Position numbers and translations under genes: made by a program
Part shown: positions 49,170 to 60,914 of the stretch, piece after piece
Layout: each line of letters begins with the position of its first letter
How positions within the stretch are numbered: the stretch's first letter is position 1
Assembly (NCBI RefSeq): GCF_030684315.1
Contig: NC_081357.1
Location: 129,966,808 to 130,030,807, forward strand
Source of the DNA: Stegostoma tigrinum
Lineage: Eukaryota
DNA length: 64,000 bases
Direction: 5' to 3'
The notes under the pieces: model-generated
Database searches by the model: none
What the model was told of the DNA's origin: nothing
Seen by the model: the letters and a program-made list of their open reading frames with translations, nothing else

Positions 49170-51545
49170 TTAGCATTAAGGCACTTTATCTAAATGCTCA
49201 TGACTAACGTTGCCGGTGGATCCAAGGAAAGAGAATTCATGGAATGTTTGCAGGATGGCTTTTTGGAACAGCTTGTGATGGAGCCCACAAGGGAGCAGGC
49301 TATTCTGGACTTGGTGCTACGTAATGAGCCAGACTTTATAAAAGACCTTAAAGTAAGGGAACACTTAGGAGGCAGCGATCATAATATGGTAGAGTTCAGT
49401 CTGCAGTTTGAAAGAGAGAAGGTAAAATCGGATGTAATGGTGTTTCAGTTAAATAAAGGTAATTACAGGGGCATGAGAGAGGAATTGACGAAAATTGACT
49501 GGAAGCAGAGCCTAGCGGGGAAGACAGTAGAGCAACAATGGCAGGAGTTTCTGGGTGTAATTGAAGACACAGTGCAGAGGTTCATCCCAAAGAAAAGAAA
49601 GATTATCCGGGGTGGGATTAGACAGCCATGGCTGACAAAGGAAGTCAGGAAATGTATCAAAGAACAAGAGACAGCCTATAAAGTGGCCAAGAGCACTGGG
49701 AAATCAGAAGATTGGGAAGGCTACAAAAACAAACAGAGGATAACAAAGAGAGAAATGAGGAAGGAGAGGATCAAATATGAATTTAGCTAGTAATATTAGA
49801 AATGATAGTAAAAGCTTCTTTCAATACATAAAAAACAAATGAGAGGCAAAGGTAGACATTGGGCTGCTCCAAATTGATGCTGGAAGGCTAGTGATGGGAG
49901 ATAAGGAAATAGCTGAAGAGCTTAATAAGTACTTTGCATCAGTCTTCACAGTGGAAGACATGAGTAGTATGCCAACAGTTAGGGAGAGTCAGGGGGCAGA
50001 GTTGGGTATGGTAGACATTACAAAAGAGAAAGAGCTAGAAAAGCTAAAAGGTCTAAAAATTGATAAATCTCCTGGCCCCGATGGGCTACATCCTAGAGTT
50101 CTGAGGGAGGTGGCTGAGGAAATAGCGGAGGCTTTGGTTGTGATTTTTCAAAAGTTACTGGAGTCAGGGAAAGTCCCAGATGATTGGAAAATTGCTGTTG
50201 TAACCCCCTTGTAAGGATCAAGGCAAAAGATGGAAAATTATAGGCCAATTAGCCTAACCTCAGTAGTTGGTAAAATTCTTGAATCCATTGTCAAGGATGA
50301 GATTTCTAAATTGCTGGAAGTGCAGGGTCAGATTAGAACAAGTCAGCATGGATTTAGTAAGGGGAGGTCGTGCCTGTCAAACCTGTTAGAATTCTTTGAA
50401 GAGGTAACAAGTATGTTAGACCAGGGAAACCCAGTAGATGTTATCTATCTAGACTTCCAAAAGGCCCTTGATACGGTGCCTCACGGAAGACTGCTGAGCA
50501 AGGTGAGGACCCATGGTGTTCGAGATGAGCTACTGGCTTGGATTGAGGATTGGCTGTCTGACAGAAGGCAGAGAGTTGGGATAAAAGGCTCTTTTTCGGA
50601 ATGGCAACCGGTGACGTGTGGTGTCCCTTAGGGTTCAATGTTGGGGCCACTGATGTTCACCTTGTATATTAATGATCTGGATGAAGGGACTGGGGGCATT
50701 CTGGCGAAGTTTGCCGATGATACGAAGATAGGTGGACAGGCAGATAGTACTGAGGAGGTGGGAAGCTGCAGAAAGATTTAGATAGTTTTGGAGAGTGGTC
50801 CAAGAAATGGCTGATGAAATTTAATGTGAGTAAATGTGAGGTTTTGCACTTTGGAAAAAAGAATACAGGCATGGACTATTTTCTAAATGGTGAGAAAATT
50901 TGCAAAGCAGAAGTACAAAAGGATCTGGGAGTGTTGGTCCAGGATTCTCTAAAGGTTAACTTGCAGGTAGAGTCCGTGATTAAGAAAGCGAATGTAATGT
51001 TGTCGTTTATCTCAAGAAGGTTGGAATATAAAAGCAGCGATGTGCTTCTGAGGCTTTATAAAGCTCTAGTTAGGCCCCATTTAGAATACTGTGTCCAATT
51101 TTGGGCCCCACACCTCAAGAAGGACATACTAGCTCTGGAGCGTGTCCAGCGGAGATTCACACGGATGATCCCTGGAATGGTGCGTTTAACATATGATGAA
51201 TGGCTAAGGATCCTGGGATTGTACTCATTAAAGTTTAGAAGGTTGAGAGGAGATCTAATAGAAACTTACAAGATAATGTATGGCTTAGAAGGGGTGGACA
51301 CGAGGAAGTTGTTTCTGTTAGGCAGGGAGACTAGGACCCGTGGGCACAGCCTTAAAATTAGAGGTGGTAAATTTAAAACGGAAATGAGACGACATTTCTT
51401 CAGCCAGAGAGTGGTGGGCCTGTGAAATTCATTGCCATGGAGTGCAGTGGAGGCCGGGACATTGGATGCCTTCAAGGCAGAGATCGACAAATTCTGGATC
51501 TCACAAGGAATCAAGGGCTACAGGGAGAGTGCAGGGAAGTGGAGC
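49170..51545 (+). pseudogene. CR1 ORF2p (APE endonuclease and reverse transcriptase), broken by stops and frameshifts
   Basis: ALYLNA, PTREQAILDLVL, GSDHN, KSPGPDG, NYRPISLTS, QHGF, LDFQKA, GVP*GS, FADD, RPHLEYC. Confidence 0.93.
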
Positions 51546-51887
51546 TGAAATGCCCATCAGTCATGATTTAAATAGCAGAGTGGACTTGATGGGCCGAATG
51601 GCCTTACTTCCACTCCTATGTCTTATGGTCTTATGGTCTTATGGTCCCACATGCCCCTTCCTTGAAATCTATTACTTCCCTAAGCTTTACCACTTCTGAT
51701 GAAATGTAAACACTGTTTCTCGTACTACACAGATGCTGCCTAACCGGCTGATGTATTTTCCTAATATTTTCTATTTTTATCCCAGCATATTGACCTCTGA
51801 TATTTGTTTGTAGAGAAAGTATGAGGCTTTAAGTACGTTACCTGCTCACTTTGAGGATGTTTTTAATAGAAATATTTGCACATAAGC

Positions 51888-51997
51888 ACTGTTGCGGTGC
51901 AGTGGCAATGTCCTGCTTCTAAGCCAGGAGGCCTGAGTGCAAGTCCTACCTATTCCAGAGGTGTGCAGTAACATTATTGAACAGGTTGAACAGAAAG
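51888..51997 (+). mobile_element. tRNA-derived SINE head
   Basis: cggtgcagtggcaatgtc (A box) ..gagtgcaagtcc (B box). Confidence 0.6.
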
Positions 51998-52512
51998 TAG
52001 ACAAATAATCATGTATCTGAATGGAATGAATTCCATGCCGGTTCTATCTGCTGCACAGTATTAATAAAGATTAATGGAGAGAAAATAGTTTCCTGCCCGA
52101 ACCCAGTGCCTGTGTTCTGACTGAGCATCTTTATTTTCCTTCAACTCTTTGTAAATTTCTGTTCAGAGTTTCCTAGATTCTTTTACCATCACCACGTTGA
52201 GCTGTTCATCACTTCCTAGCAAACTGACAAAATAAATTGAGGCCTCTGCTGGTGTTATTCTGAAGCAAGAACTACTGAACGTTATTTCGTCTTCACCCGT
52301 TTTGCAAAACGTTTATGAGATCAGTTTGATCATCCATTTGACACCCCTCCACTGACTCCAATGAAATGTTAAATGAGTTAGGATGTAAACTAGCAGCAGA
52401 ACTAATTCTGTCATCTTTCGTCTAACTGGTTGGGTTAAGACCTGTTCACTGTCCCACACACACCACACAGTCTACATGTTCTTTTACAAAGAAGATTGCG
52501 AATTGTAGTATA

Positions 52513-52830
52513 ATCACAGAATCCATACAGCATGGAGGCAAGCCATTTGGCCCATCAAGTTCACACTGACCTTCTGAAGAGCATCCCACCCAGACCCACC
52601 CTATCCCTGTAACCCTGCATTTCCCACGGCTAACCCACCTAACCTGTACATCCCTGGACATTATGGGCAATTTAACATGGCCGATCCACCCTAACCTGCA
52701 CATTTTTGGACTGTGGGAGGAAACTGGAGCACTTGCATGAAACCCACACAGACACGGGAAGAATGTGCAAATTCCACACAGTCACCTGAGCGTGGAATCA
52801 AACATGGGTGTCTGACCACAGAATGCAGCA
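52513..52830 (-). mobile_element. HE1-type SINE with eroded head, followed by a pLTR scrap (52835-52882)
   Basis: Core and tail as in 6060-6411. Confidence 0.88.
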
Positions 52831-52895
52831 TTAAAGATAATAAGGTGTAGAACAGGATGAACACAGCAGCCAAGCAGCATCAAGCTTCATTCTTA

Positions 52896-53082
52896 ACATA
52901 GAACATAAAACATTACGGCACAGTACAGGCCCTTCAGCCCTCGTTGTTGTGCCGACCTGTCATACCGATCTCAAGCCCATCTAACCTACACTATTCCATG
53001 TACGTCCATATGCTTGTCCAATGACGACTTAAATGTACCTAAAGTTGGCGAATCTACTACCGTTGCAGGCAAAGCGTTCCAT
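52896..53082 (-). mobile_element. CR1 3' tail fragment
   Basis: (aacatag)n followed by cacagtacaggcccttcagccctcg; reverse-complement homolog of 35010-35127. Confidence 0.85.
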
Positions 53083-54477
53083 TAGTTCTCGCTTTTACCT
53101 TGTATTTTTGCTCTCCACTGACCTTAACTTCAATCTATTTTCTTACTGAAGAATGATCCGCTCTAGGGTAGGTTCGATGATATCTTTTTGCAAGTGGCCA
53201 ATTTAAGGTTGATTGTCAACTGACTGACTAAGGGGAAACATTATTGCAAAGCCTAGTCCTGCCCTCAGCCTATGGCCATACAAATAATGAACAGAGATTA
53301 CAGATTAGGACCCTGAACAATTTTGTCCTCCCTTATTCTGTTGCACTGGTTCCAACACTACCACTGAAATCAGACTGCTACCAATGTCAAGTCCGCAAAA
53401 GAAAGACAGCATTAAAATAACCATCCTACTCTAAACATAATTTTCACAAAGAATCATATTTAAATTTAATTGCACAAATAAATCTCAGGATTTAGGCTAT
53501 TTTTCCATTTTCCACGTTTCAAAAAAAACACTCAGGACCTGAAAAAAGCTTTCTGGCAATCCCTTCTGTAATAAGTGATTGAGCTTAGTGCATGGCATCT
53601 CCTGTGCTTTAATACAAAGCTTCACAAATCATTGTGGTAATGTATAAGGAAAAGAAAATGTGCTCTGCTTTCTGAACAGCTGCCAACTCTGAGCTCGAGA
53701 CAATGGAATTTGCAATAGACAATGACCAACAAACTGAAAAATAGACATCAATCATAATCCCAGGGCCACACCCAAACCATTTTACTGATATTACACATCA
53801 CTTTACTCTATTAATCTGCCATGATTGGAATTATTTTTAAAAATGATACAAAAGAACAAACTGAAAATTTACATAGCATCACACAAATCAATTTTTTAAT
53901 AGAATTGAGATGGTTCTAAGAATGATTTGATTTTTATCTGTGCAGCAATGGAAGTTAGCTGTAAAAACATAATTGTCTTCACAGTTTGAAATTCTCACAA
54001 TGCAAAATTTACTCAAACTTTCCTCATTCCTACTTACACACAAGGTTCATTAAATTAATATGTCTAAGGTAAAGGCAAGAGATCAAATACACATTCAGAA
54101 GAAAACAGATCACTGTAATACAATTCATAAGGATATTACCCATCCTGTGTCCAACACAAATCTAGCAACTTCCCTTCACCAAGTCAATCCATAGCCTACA
54201 GGAAGTCTGGTTCCCACATTTCCCAAAACGATCAGCTTATAAATCTACCAACTCAGTTTGAAATGCATGACCTGCCACACTGAAAATTCCCAGCATGTGT
54301 ACTTTATAAAGCCAGGAGATCTTTTACATTTCTCCCAACAACTCTTATGCACTATAAAAATTAACATAGTAAACTACTGCAATTTATATTACTGAAGCAT
54401 ACAGGCATTTTGTCAGTTTAATGAGTTTGCTGACACATCAGAAAGTGAGCAAAGGTATAAAAGCACAGATAGGCCCC

Positions 54478-55110
54478 CTAATCCCACCCTTGTCTTCTAT
54501 TAGTTACCCAGTTTTCTATCCAGGCTAATATCCCACCCTCAACAGCTTTTGTCTTAAGTAGCATAATATGTGGTACCTTATCAAATGCCTCTGGAAACCC
54601 AAATACATTACATTCACTGGAGGAGAAAACAGAGTTAACTGTTTTGGTCCAGTGACCCTTCCTCAGAGGAAGGGTCACTGGACAAAAACAGTTAACTCTG
54701 TTTCCTTCTCCACAGATGCTGCCAGATCTGCTGGGCTTTCCCAGCAACTTTGTTTTGTTCCTGAAATTTATAGCATCCACAGTTCTTTTGGTTCTTATAT
54801 TACTTTCACTGCTTCTTTGTTACCTATTGCACATGTCACCTCTTCAAACAATTCCGATACATTTTCAATTCCATCTCTCAGAGGGTTGAGAATCTTTGGA
54901 ACTCCTTGCCACAGAGAGCTGTGGGGGAAGAGTCCTTATATACATATATGAGGCTGGGATAGATAGATTCTTGATCAGTTGGGGAATCAAGGGTCTTGGG
55001 GAAAATTAGGAAAATGGATTTAAGGAACATTTGTTCAGCCTATTGAATGGCAGAGTAAGCTCCGGGGAAGAATAGTCTGTTGCTGTTCCTCTTTCTTATG
55101 GTCTTGTGGT
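54478..55110. mobile_element. CR1 fragment with a minus-strand RT piece (54478-54855) joined to a plus-strand 3' end (54870-55110)
   Basis: AFDKVPH..ILAWIENW..RRQ on minus; ctcagagggttg..aatctttggaa to cttatggtcttgtgg on plus. Confidence 0.8.
54620..54798. mobile_element. Fold-back pLTR hairpin (another family) with 13-bp TSD
   Basis: aaacagagttaactgtttt.gtccagtgacccttcctc-a-gaggaagggtcactggac.aaaacagttaactctgttt; attac(a/t)ttcactg at 54607-54619 and 54799-54811. Confidence 0.9.
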
Positions 55111-55290
55111 TCCATGCAAGATGCCACCTTGGTGAATGCTTTGAAGTGCCCATTAAAGAAGACCATGACACAAGACCTTCAACCATTTGGAGGCAATACC
55201 ATAATATCAATTTAATCAAATGATACACTGTCCTGGAACTCTGGAAAATCCTCTCTCCCTTACCTATACTGCAAATGCTTCATTACCACA

Positions 55291-55315
55291 CTCTCTCTCT
55301 CTCTCTCTCTCTCTC
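55291..55315 (+). repeat. (CT)n microsatellite
   Basis: About 12 CT units. Confidence 0.95.
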
Positions 55316-55664
55316 AGGTATTGACAGATAAAAATGTTGGCTTTACCAGCATTACACCAGAAATAAACTTTTAAAACCATCACTCTGCATCTTAACAGTG
55401 ATCAGGAATCAAAGCTTTTACACTGATTTCAACTATGAAAGGGACACTCATAACCTAAAGATATACCCCACCATTTCATGGCTATTGATGCAGGATCTAA
55501 GAAAGGTGCAGGGTTTTTCAGATGGGAGTGTTTTCCCATCCAGACACCTGAAGACAGTCAATGGGGAACAAAAAACAAAACACTGCAAATGCTGGAAATC
55601 AGAAATAAAATCAGAATTTTCTGGAGAAACTCAGCAGGTGTGGCAGCATGTTTCAGGCCCAGTG

Positions 55665-56065
55665 AGCCTTCCATTTGTGGTGAAGGATGGTGGAAGGTGC
55701 TGTCTGAGAAGGTTGGTGAATCTCTGCAGTGTTTCTTGTCGACAGTACACATTGCTGCTACTGAGCATCGGTGGTGAAGGGAGTGGATGCTTGTGGATGT
55801 GGTGCCAATCAAGTGGCTGCTTTGTCCTGGATGGTGTCAAGCTTCTTGAGTGTTGTTGGGGCTGCCCCATCCAGGCAAGTGGGGAGTATTCCATCACACT
55901 CCTGACTTGTGCCTTTTCGAAGGTGGACAAGTTACAGCAGAAGGACTGTCACTGTTTAAGAAGCAACTCACCACCACCTTCTCAAGGGCAACTTGGGATG
56001 GGCAAGAAATGCTGGGCCCAGCCAGCAACGCCCACATCCCACAAAATGAATAAAGAATAAAGAAA
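55665..56065. mobile_element. CR1-group LINE 3' fragment with inverted 5' part, preceded by a pLTR(-) scrap at 55570-55650
   Basis: Minus ORF KAQVRSVMEYSPLAWM (55665-55925), then plus-strand tail aagaagcaactcaccaccaccttctcaagggcaa..(gaataaa)n. Confidence 0.8.
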
Positions 56066-56228
56066 AACAAAAATGTGAGGCCGGAGCAGAGTGACCTGCC
56101 AGACCTCGCCTATCCCGACCTTCCACCAACCTCAGAATTGAGGGCTGACAGGAAGCGACTCTTAAAGTGGCCAATATCTACATCTGTAAAAAATTATGTA
56201 TATATAAAATATATTTAAAGTACATAAG

Positions 56229-56416
56229 AGATAGCAAGAACTGCAGATGCTGGAGTCAGAGACAATACACCGTGGAGATGGGATGAACACAGCTGGTCAG
56301 GCAGCATCAGAGGAGCAAGAAAGTTACAGGTCGGGACCCTTCTTCAGAAAAAGTCAACTTTTCTGTTCCTCTGATGCTGCCTGTGCTGTTCAGTTCCTCC
56401 AGCTCCATATTGTCAA
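56229..56416. mobile_element. Fold-back pLTR hairpin with 13-bp TSD
   Basis: Imperfect inverted arms; taaagtacataag at 56216-56228 and 56417-56429; minus strand CTGAAGAagggtcccgacc at the apex. Confidence 0.88.
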
Positions 56417-56689
56417 TAAAGTACATAAGTATTCACTCCAGTTTCATCCTTTACCATCAGATTTTATGGAACCTGAAGTCTTTGCTCAACTCCCGTTCTG
56501 ACATTGCTAACCCTCACCTCCTAAATTATTCCAATGGAGATCAAAAGAAAATTGAGTCTTTTGACCGAACCAAACAGCCTGCTTGATTGGCACCACATCC
56601 ACACACAACCTTCGGACTAAACTTCAAATGGAACAATTTCAGATCATAACCACTATCCTCATTCTTTCAGGTGGTAGCTGTGCATCACA

Positions 56690-56843
56690 ATAAAAGTGAA
56701 ATTCTGCAAATCTTGGAAATCTGAAATAAACACAGAAAATGCTGGAGAAACTCAACAGGTCTGGCAGCATGTGGGGCTAACTCTGTTTCTCTCCCTTTAG
56801 ATGGTGCCAGACCTGCTGAGTTTCTCCAGCATTTTCTGTGTTT
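56690..56843. mobile_element. Fold-back pLTR hairpin
   Basis: aaacacagaaaatgctggagaaactca.caggtctggca / tgccagacctg.tgagtttctccagcattttctgtgttt. Confidence 0.88.
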
Positions 56844-56899
56844 GCGGTGGGTTATGACTTTGCTATTTCCATCTCCCTTCAGTCCATCATTTGTCCTTT

Positions 56900-57320
56900 G
56901 TCCGAAGAAGGGTCCAGACCCGAAACGTCAGCTTTCCTGCTCCTCTGATGCTTCTTGGCCTGCTGTGTTCATCCAGTTCTACATCTTGTTATCTGCAGTG
57001 TTATCTTAGAAAGAGGGATCATAGTTTTAGGATAAGGGGCAGATTTAAAACAGAGATGAGAAGAAATTACTTGTTGTAATGGGTCATGAATCTGTGGAAT
57101 TCACTCGCCCAGAGTGTGTTGGATGCTGGGACATTGAGTAAATTTGTGGAGGAGATTGGAAAATTTTTAATTAGTAATGTGTCGAAAGGTTATGGAGCAC
57201 AAGCAGGAAAGTGAAGTTGAGGCTGAGATGAGATCAGCCACGGTTGTATTAAATGGCAGAGCAAACTCGAGGGGCTGAATGACTTATGCCTGCTCCTCAT
57301 GCTACTGTTTGTTCTTATGT
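56900..57320 (+). mobile_element. pLTR fragment (56900-56993) followed by a CR1 3' end (57005-57320)
   Basis: ccgaagaagggtccagacccgaaacgtcagc, then RGRFKTEMRRNY and the CR1 3' UTR. Confidence 0.85.
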
Positions 57321-57384
57321 TCGTAGAAGACAGGCACTGGTGAATTAGTGTGTCTTCAGTAGACAAATTAATTGTGTGCACTCA

Positions 57385-57950
57385 TTGGAGAGGCAACGCC
57401 TGAAACTGTGTTGGGATATAGTCACTGAAATATGTGATGCAGGCACCCTGCCACGTGAACTGGGGGGGCCTCCTTACCAATGCCAATAGCCAGGCAACAC
57501 TCAATTCCTTCACCAATGCCACATTCTAGGATTCTACAGGTAACATAAACATGGCCTATCACACATACTCCCAGACATAGGTACATGTACGAGGTGACCT
57601 ACACCCTCTTCTGTCATGCGACTGAATTCATCAATTCAATCAACACATTGAAAGGGCTCAATGTGAACTGCAAAGACTTTTAATCTTCAACCACAAGTCA
57701 ATACTCATGTCCCTGGGAGATTTCACCACTCTTCCACTGTGTGCATCTGGCAGCTTCCAGAGTTTGGTGGTCTCAGCCTGGAAGGAACAAACACCCACCG
57801 AGTACCTGCCTCTGCTGAATGAGCCTGTGTTTCCCATGGACACTACCAGCATATTACATTGTAAACAGAACTGCAAGGGAGCTGCTCCCAACACGAGATT
57901 GGAAGTGATGCTCGCTTTCAGTTCCGCTGTTAGGAACAGTGCGCCACACA
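57385..57950 (+). mobile_element. Degenerate PIF/Harbinger transposase fragment
   Basis: DIVTEIC..TLNSFTNATF*DSTG..HRYMYEVTYTLFCHATEFIN resembles the HARBI1-type HTH region (ALNFFA.GSFQ..H..I.EVT.AL). Confidence 0.65.
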
Positions 57951-58807
57951 CAAAATACACTCTCTTCACAGGTGCTAAATGACCTGCGTAGTATTTCCAG
58001 CATTTTCTGCTTTTAAATCTGATTTCCAGCATCTGCAATAATTTGTTTTCATTTTATGCCTTTAATCTGTTTGCTAATGATGGTAAATTAGAAACACTGT
58101 AATTATTTGTCTTTGAATCCAATTAGCTTTTCTCATAGCTGAGAAAGAACTGTTCGTAAAAACAATAATTTTACTACACAAAAGATTAATTTCACCAAAT
58201 CAATACTTACAGGCAAAAAAGAGGTTGAGGCTTATTTCCAATTGTGAATTGAAACCCAATTCCAAAACCTTCACATTTGCTTTGAAGAAAGTTTTATTTT
58301 TATTATATTTTATAGTTGTAGCTTTTTGATGACTGAATATCATCAATATTGCAGTATACTGAAACAATTCAATAGGTACCAGATATATTCAGCATTAATA
58401 TGCTGTCAGGGCTGTCTGTGATGAAGCTCAGATCTTATTAAATATTATATATATTTTATTCTTTATATTATTCTTAACTTCAACTTTTAAAACTTTTAGA
58501 TTCAAAACGCACACATTATTACAAATAACGCAATAGTATTTCTGTGCGTAATAGCCTTTGGAGCCAGGCTTATTGGTTCCTACGTGAAATATATTTATTC
58601 TTCTCCCTTTTTCTTTTGTCATCAAATAGTAGAATCCTTGTTGGATACAGGTCCATAAGATCCTGGGTTCCTGCAGAACTATAAGTAAATGGCTAATATG
58701 TCTAGGTAAGGAGTATCCATTCACATGCTTTTCAACTGCGTTGGCGTCACAAACCTGCTTTTGTCTTCAGCTGACATGTAATCTATACTAAAAGCAACAG
58801 CTTCCAC

Positions 58808-58904
58808 TCTCTGAAGAAGGGCCTAGGCCCAAAACATCAGCCTTCCTGCTCCTCTGATGCTGCTTGGCTTGCTGTGTTCATCCAGCTCTACACCTTGTTA
58901 TCTC
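58808..58904 (+). mobile_element. Solo pLTR fragment with a decayed hammerhead
   Basis: CTGAAGAaggggcctaggcccAAAAcaTCagc, then the pLTR 3' part. Confidence 0.85.
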
Positions 58905-60099
58905 AGCTTCCAGGTCAAACTTCAGTTCCTCCACTTATACAGACTGTGGCAACTTATAGCTATACTGTACCTCTGGCTGAAAACAGCCTCTCAGCATAGG
59001 CCAAAGTGTGAAGCTCTTCTTGTCTCAGTTTTGTCTTGCTCACATACTCCCTAGAGAAAAGCTTAGGGGGCAGACAAAAATGTGCTAAGATCACAGTCTC
59101 GATTTTATCTGTCATATAAAATACATACATCCAGAATGCAATGCACAGCAATGTACTGCCAATTGAAGGGAGAGCATTTTCTCTTATTATTACAGCACAA
59201 GTTGTATGGCATTTTTTCAACAAAAGATCACCATTTTGAAAACCTCATCATGAATACAATGGTGTGATCTTTCCCGATGAGCCATATACACCTCGGATTT
59301 GAATTTAACATTTCATTTGCTGATCTTGACTTTGGTAGGAGCCAATGATTAAGCTATTATGCACAGACTGCGCAAGGAATGAGCCTTTTACGGATGACTC
59401 CATGCAACATTCAGAAGAATCAATACCAGGCAAGACAAATATAGTCTCAGGGATCCAGAGGGCCCAAAGAGATACAAGCAAAAAACCTGAGTGACCTCAA
59501 GAAATTGAAGTTAAAGCTTGAGTACAGTTTGTCATGTATCTACCAGATGTATGGTTGTTTTAACATTCGGGAGAACAGGAATGGCTGAGAAATTGAGCTT
59601 ACTAACATCCATTTTTTGATCAAAATGAATGTCAATAGACTTCCCGAATAGCATGCGCACCAGTGTTTGCACATTTGTGGGGTGAACAGCATCAGACCCC
59701 TCAATATTAGTGAGGATGTTAGTGCACCCTGAGGGAGTATCAGCTGGAAGTATACACAGCAGGCAGATCAGAATAGCAATGCAACACTGCTATGATGTCA
59801 GTTGTGTATTTTGAAGCCTAAAGCTCTAGCTAATACATCCTCTTGTATGAAACATTCGGTATGAGAAGCATCCCTAATCAGCTCAATTTAAAACATCAAT
59901 TCCTCGTGAGACAGATGCTGTTAGTTGTTTTCTGGATAGTTCTTTGATTTGACTTGAGTTTGTACTGCAGCTCGAGTTGAAGGACTTTTTGATGAGTTCA
60001 AGGTTTCTCCGCAGACGAGCCACTCCATGGATGCTACACCTCATGGACAGCAACACAACGGTGAGGAAAAGCAGAGGGCCTGGAGAACAGGCTGCTGGG

Positions 60100-60860
60100 A
60101 AGTGGAGGGATGAGCAAAGCTCTCTCAGCTGGAGGCTATAACTATCCTAAACCTTCATGGAGCAATGTGCCTCTCTCAACACCATTGGGTGTAACGTGTC
60201 TGTACTTCAGTAGGCACATCCTCACTGAAACCAAACGACTGTTGCAGCCATAACTGTAATAGCAGATAAGGACTACATTTCCAATGGCTGTATAGACTGT
60301 CATGGTGATTAATTTCCATTTGTCTGGTTCCTTCAAGGCTGGACTTGGAGCTATTTTGTAATATGTCAGTTTGCTCTCTGTTCAACCAGTGTTTGCTCTG
60401 TATTCAATGCCAGACATTCTAACTCATCAGTTGCAGTAGGTGGAGCAAGCACATGGTTTCTCAAGGATTTTCAGCTTATGCACTTTAGTGGAATTAAAAG
60501 GGAATCTGCACCCTCAATGTCCTGCTGATCTATGATCATAGATACTGAATCATGCAGGTAAGTGCCCAGAATCCTGACAAAGTCTATGGCACTTCTTTGC
60601 ATTTGAGTTACCAACGACTAACCAAAGGTAGTTCACTGGGCAAGATGACATGCTCAATGAACTCTGGGTGCAATCCACATGCAAGTGGACAGCATGCTTA
60701 TAAATGGAGTTATTCAACCGTACAGAATGTCACCAAGTGTAGCTGTGGGTGCATGACACCACACCTTGTTCTGGAATGGCACTGCATTATTGCGCGGTGC
60801 AGAGATAAGCCTCATGAAAATCTGCACAACCCTGTCAACATCAGGGTTCACAGCTTTGTG
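60100..60860 (+). mobile_element. Degenerate PIF/Harbinger DDE transposase
   Basis: LYFSRHILTETKRLLQP; VMVINFHLSGSFKAG; N*KGICTLNVLLIYDH..IMQVSAQNP (NRKG.HSLNVQ..CD....V.A..PGS); LHN near 60822. Confidence 0.78.
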
Positions 60861-60914
60861 GTGAGCAGCTAGCCTGCAGAAAGACAGATAAGATTCTAGT
60901 TGCTACTCTTCAGA

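Larger units (their letters stand above)
48126..51645 (+). mobile_element. Near full-length CR1-clade LINE (ORF1 and ORF2), inactivated
   Basis: Colinear ORF1, EN (internally deleted near 49200), RT with FADD near 50710, and tail (cttatggt)n at 51622-51645. Confidence 0.97.

Noticed and set aside
55398-56060. 220-aa plus ORF
   Set aside because: Chimeric read-through of pLTR, antisense LINE and LINE tail.
8587-58904. Recurrent short palindromic repeat (gggtctaggcccgaaac) as a CRISPR-like array
   Set aside because: Dispersed, with no regular spacers or cas genes; part of the PLE pLTR in a vertebrate genome.
59330-60420. Possible endogenous viral element
   Set aside because: No viral motif recognised; the 3' part is explained by a Harbinger transposase.
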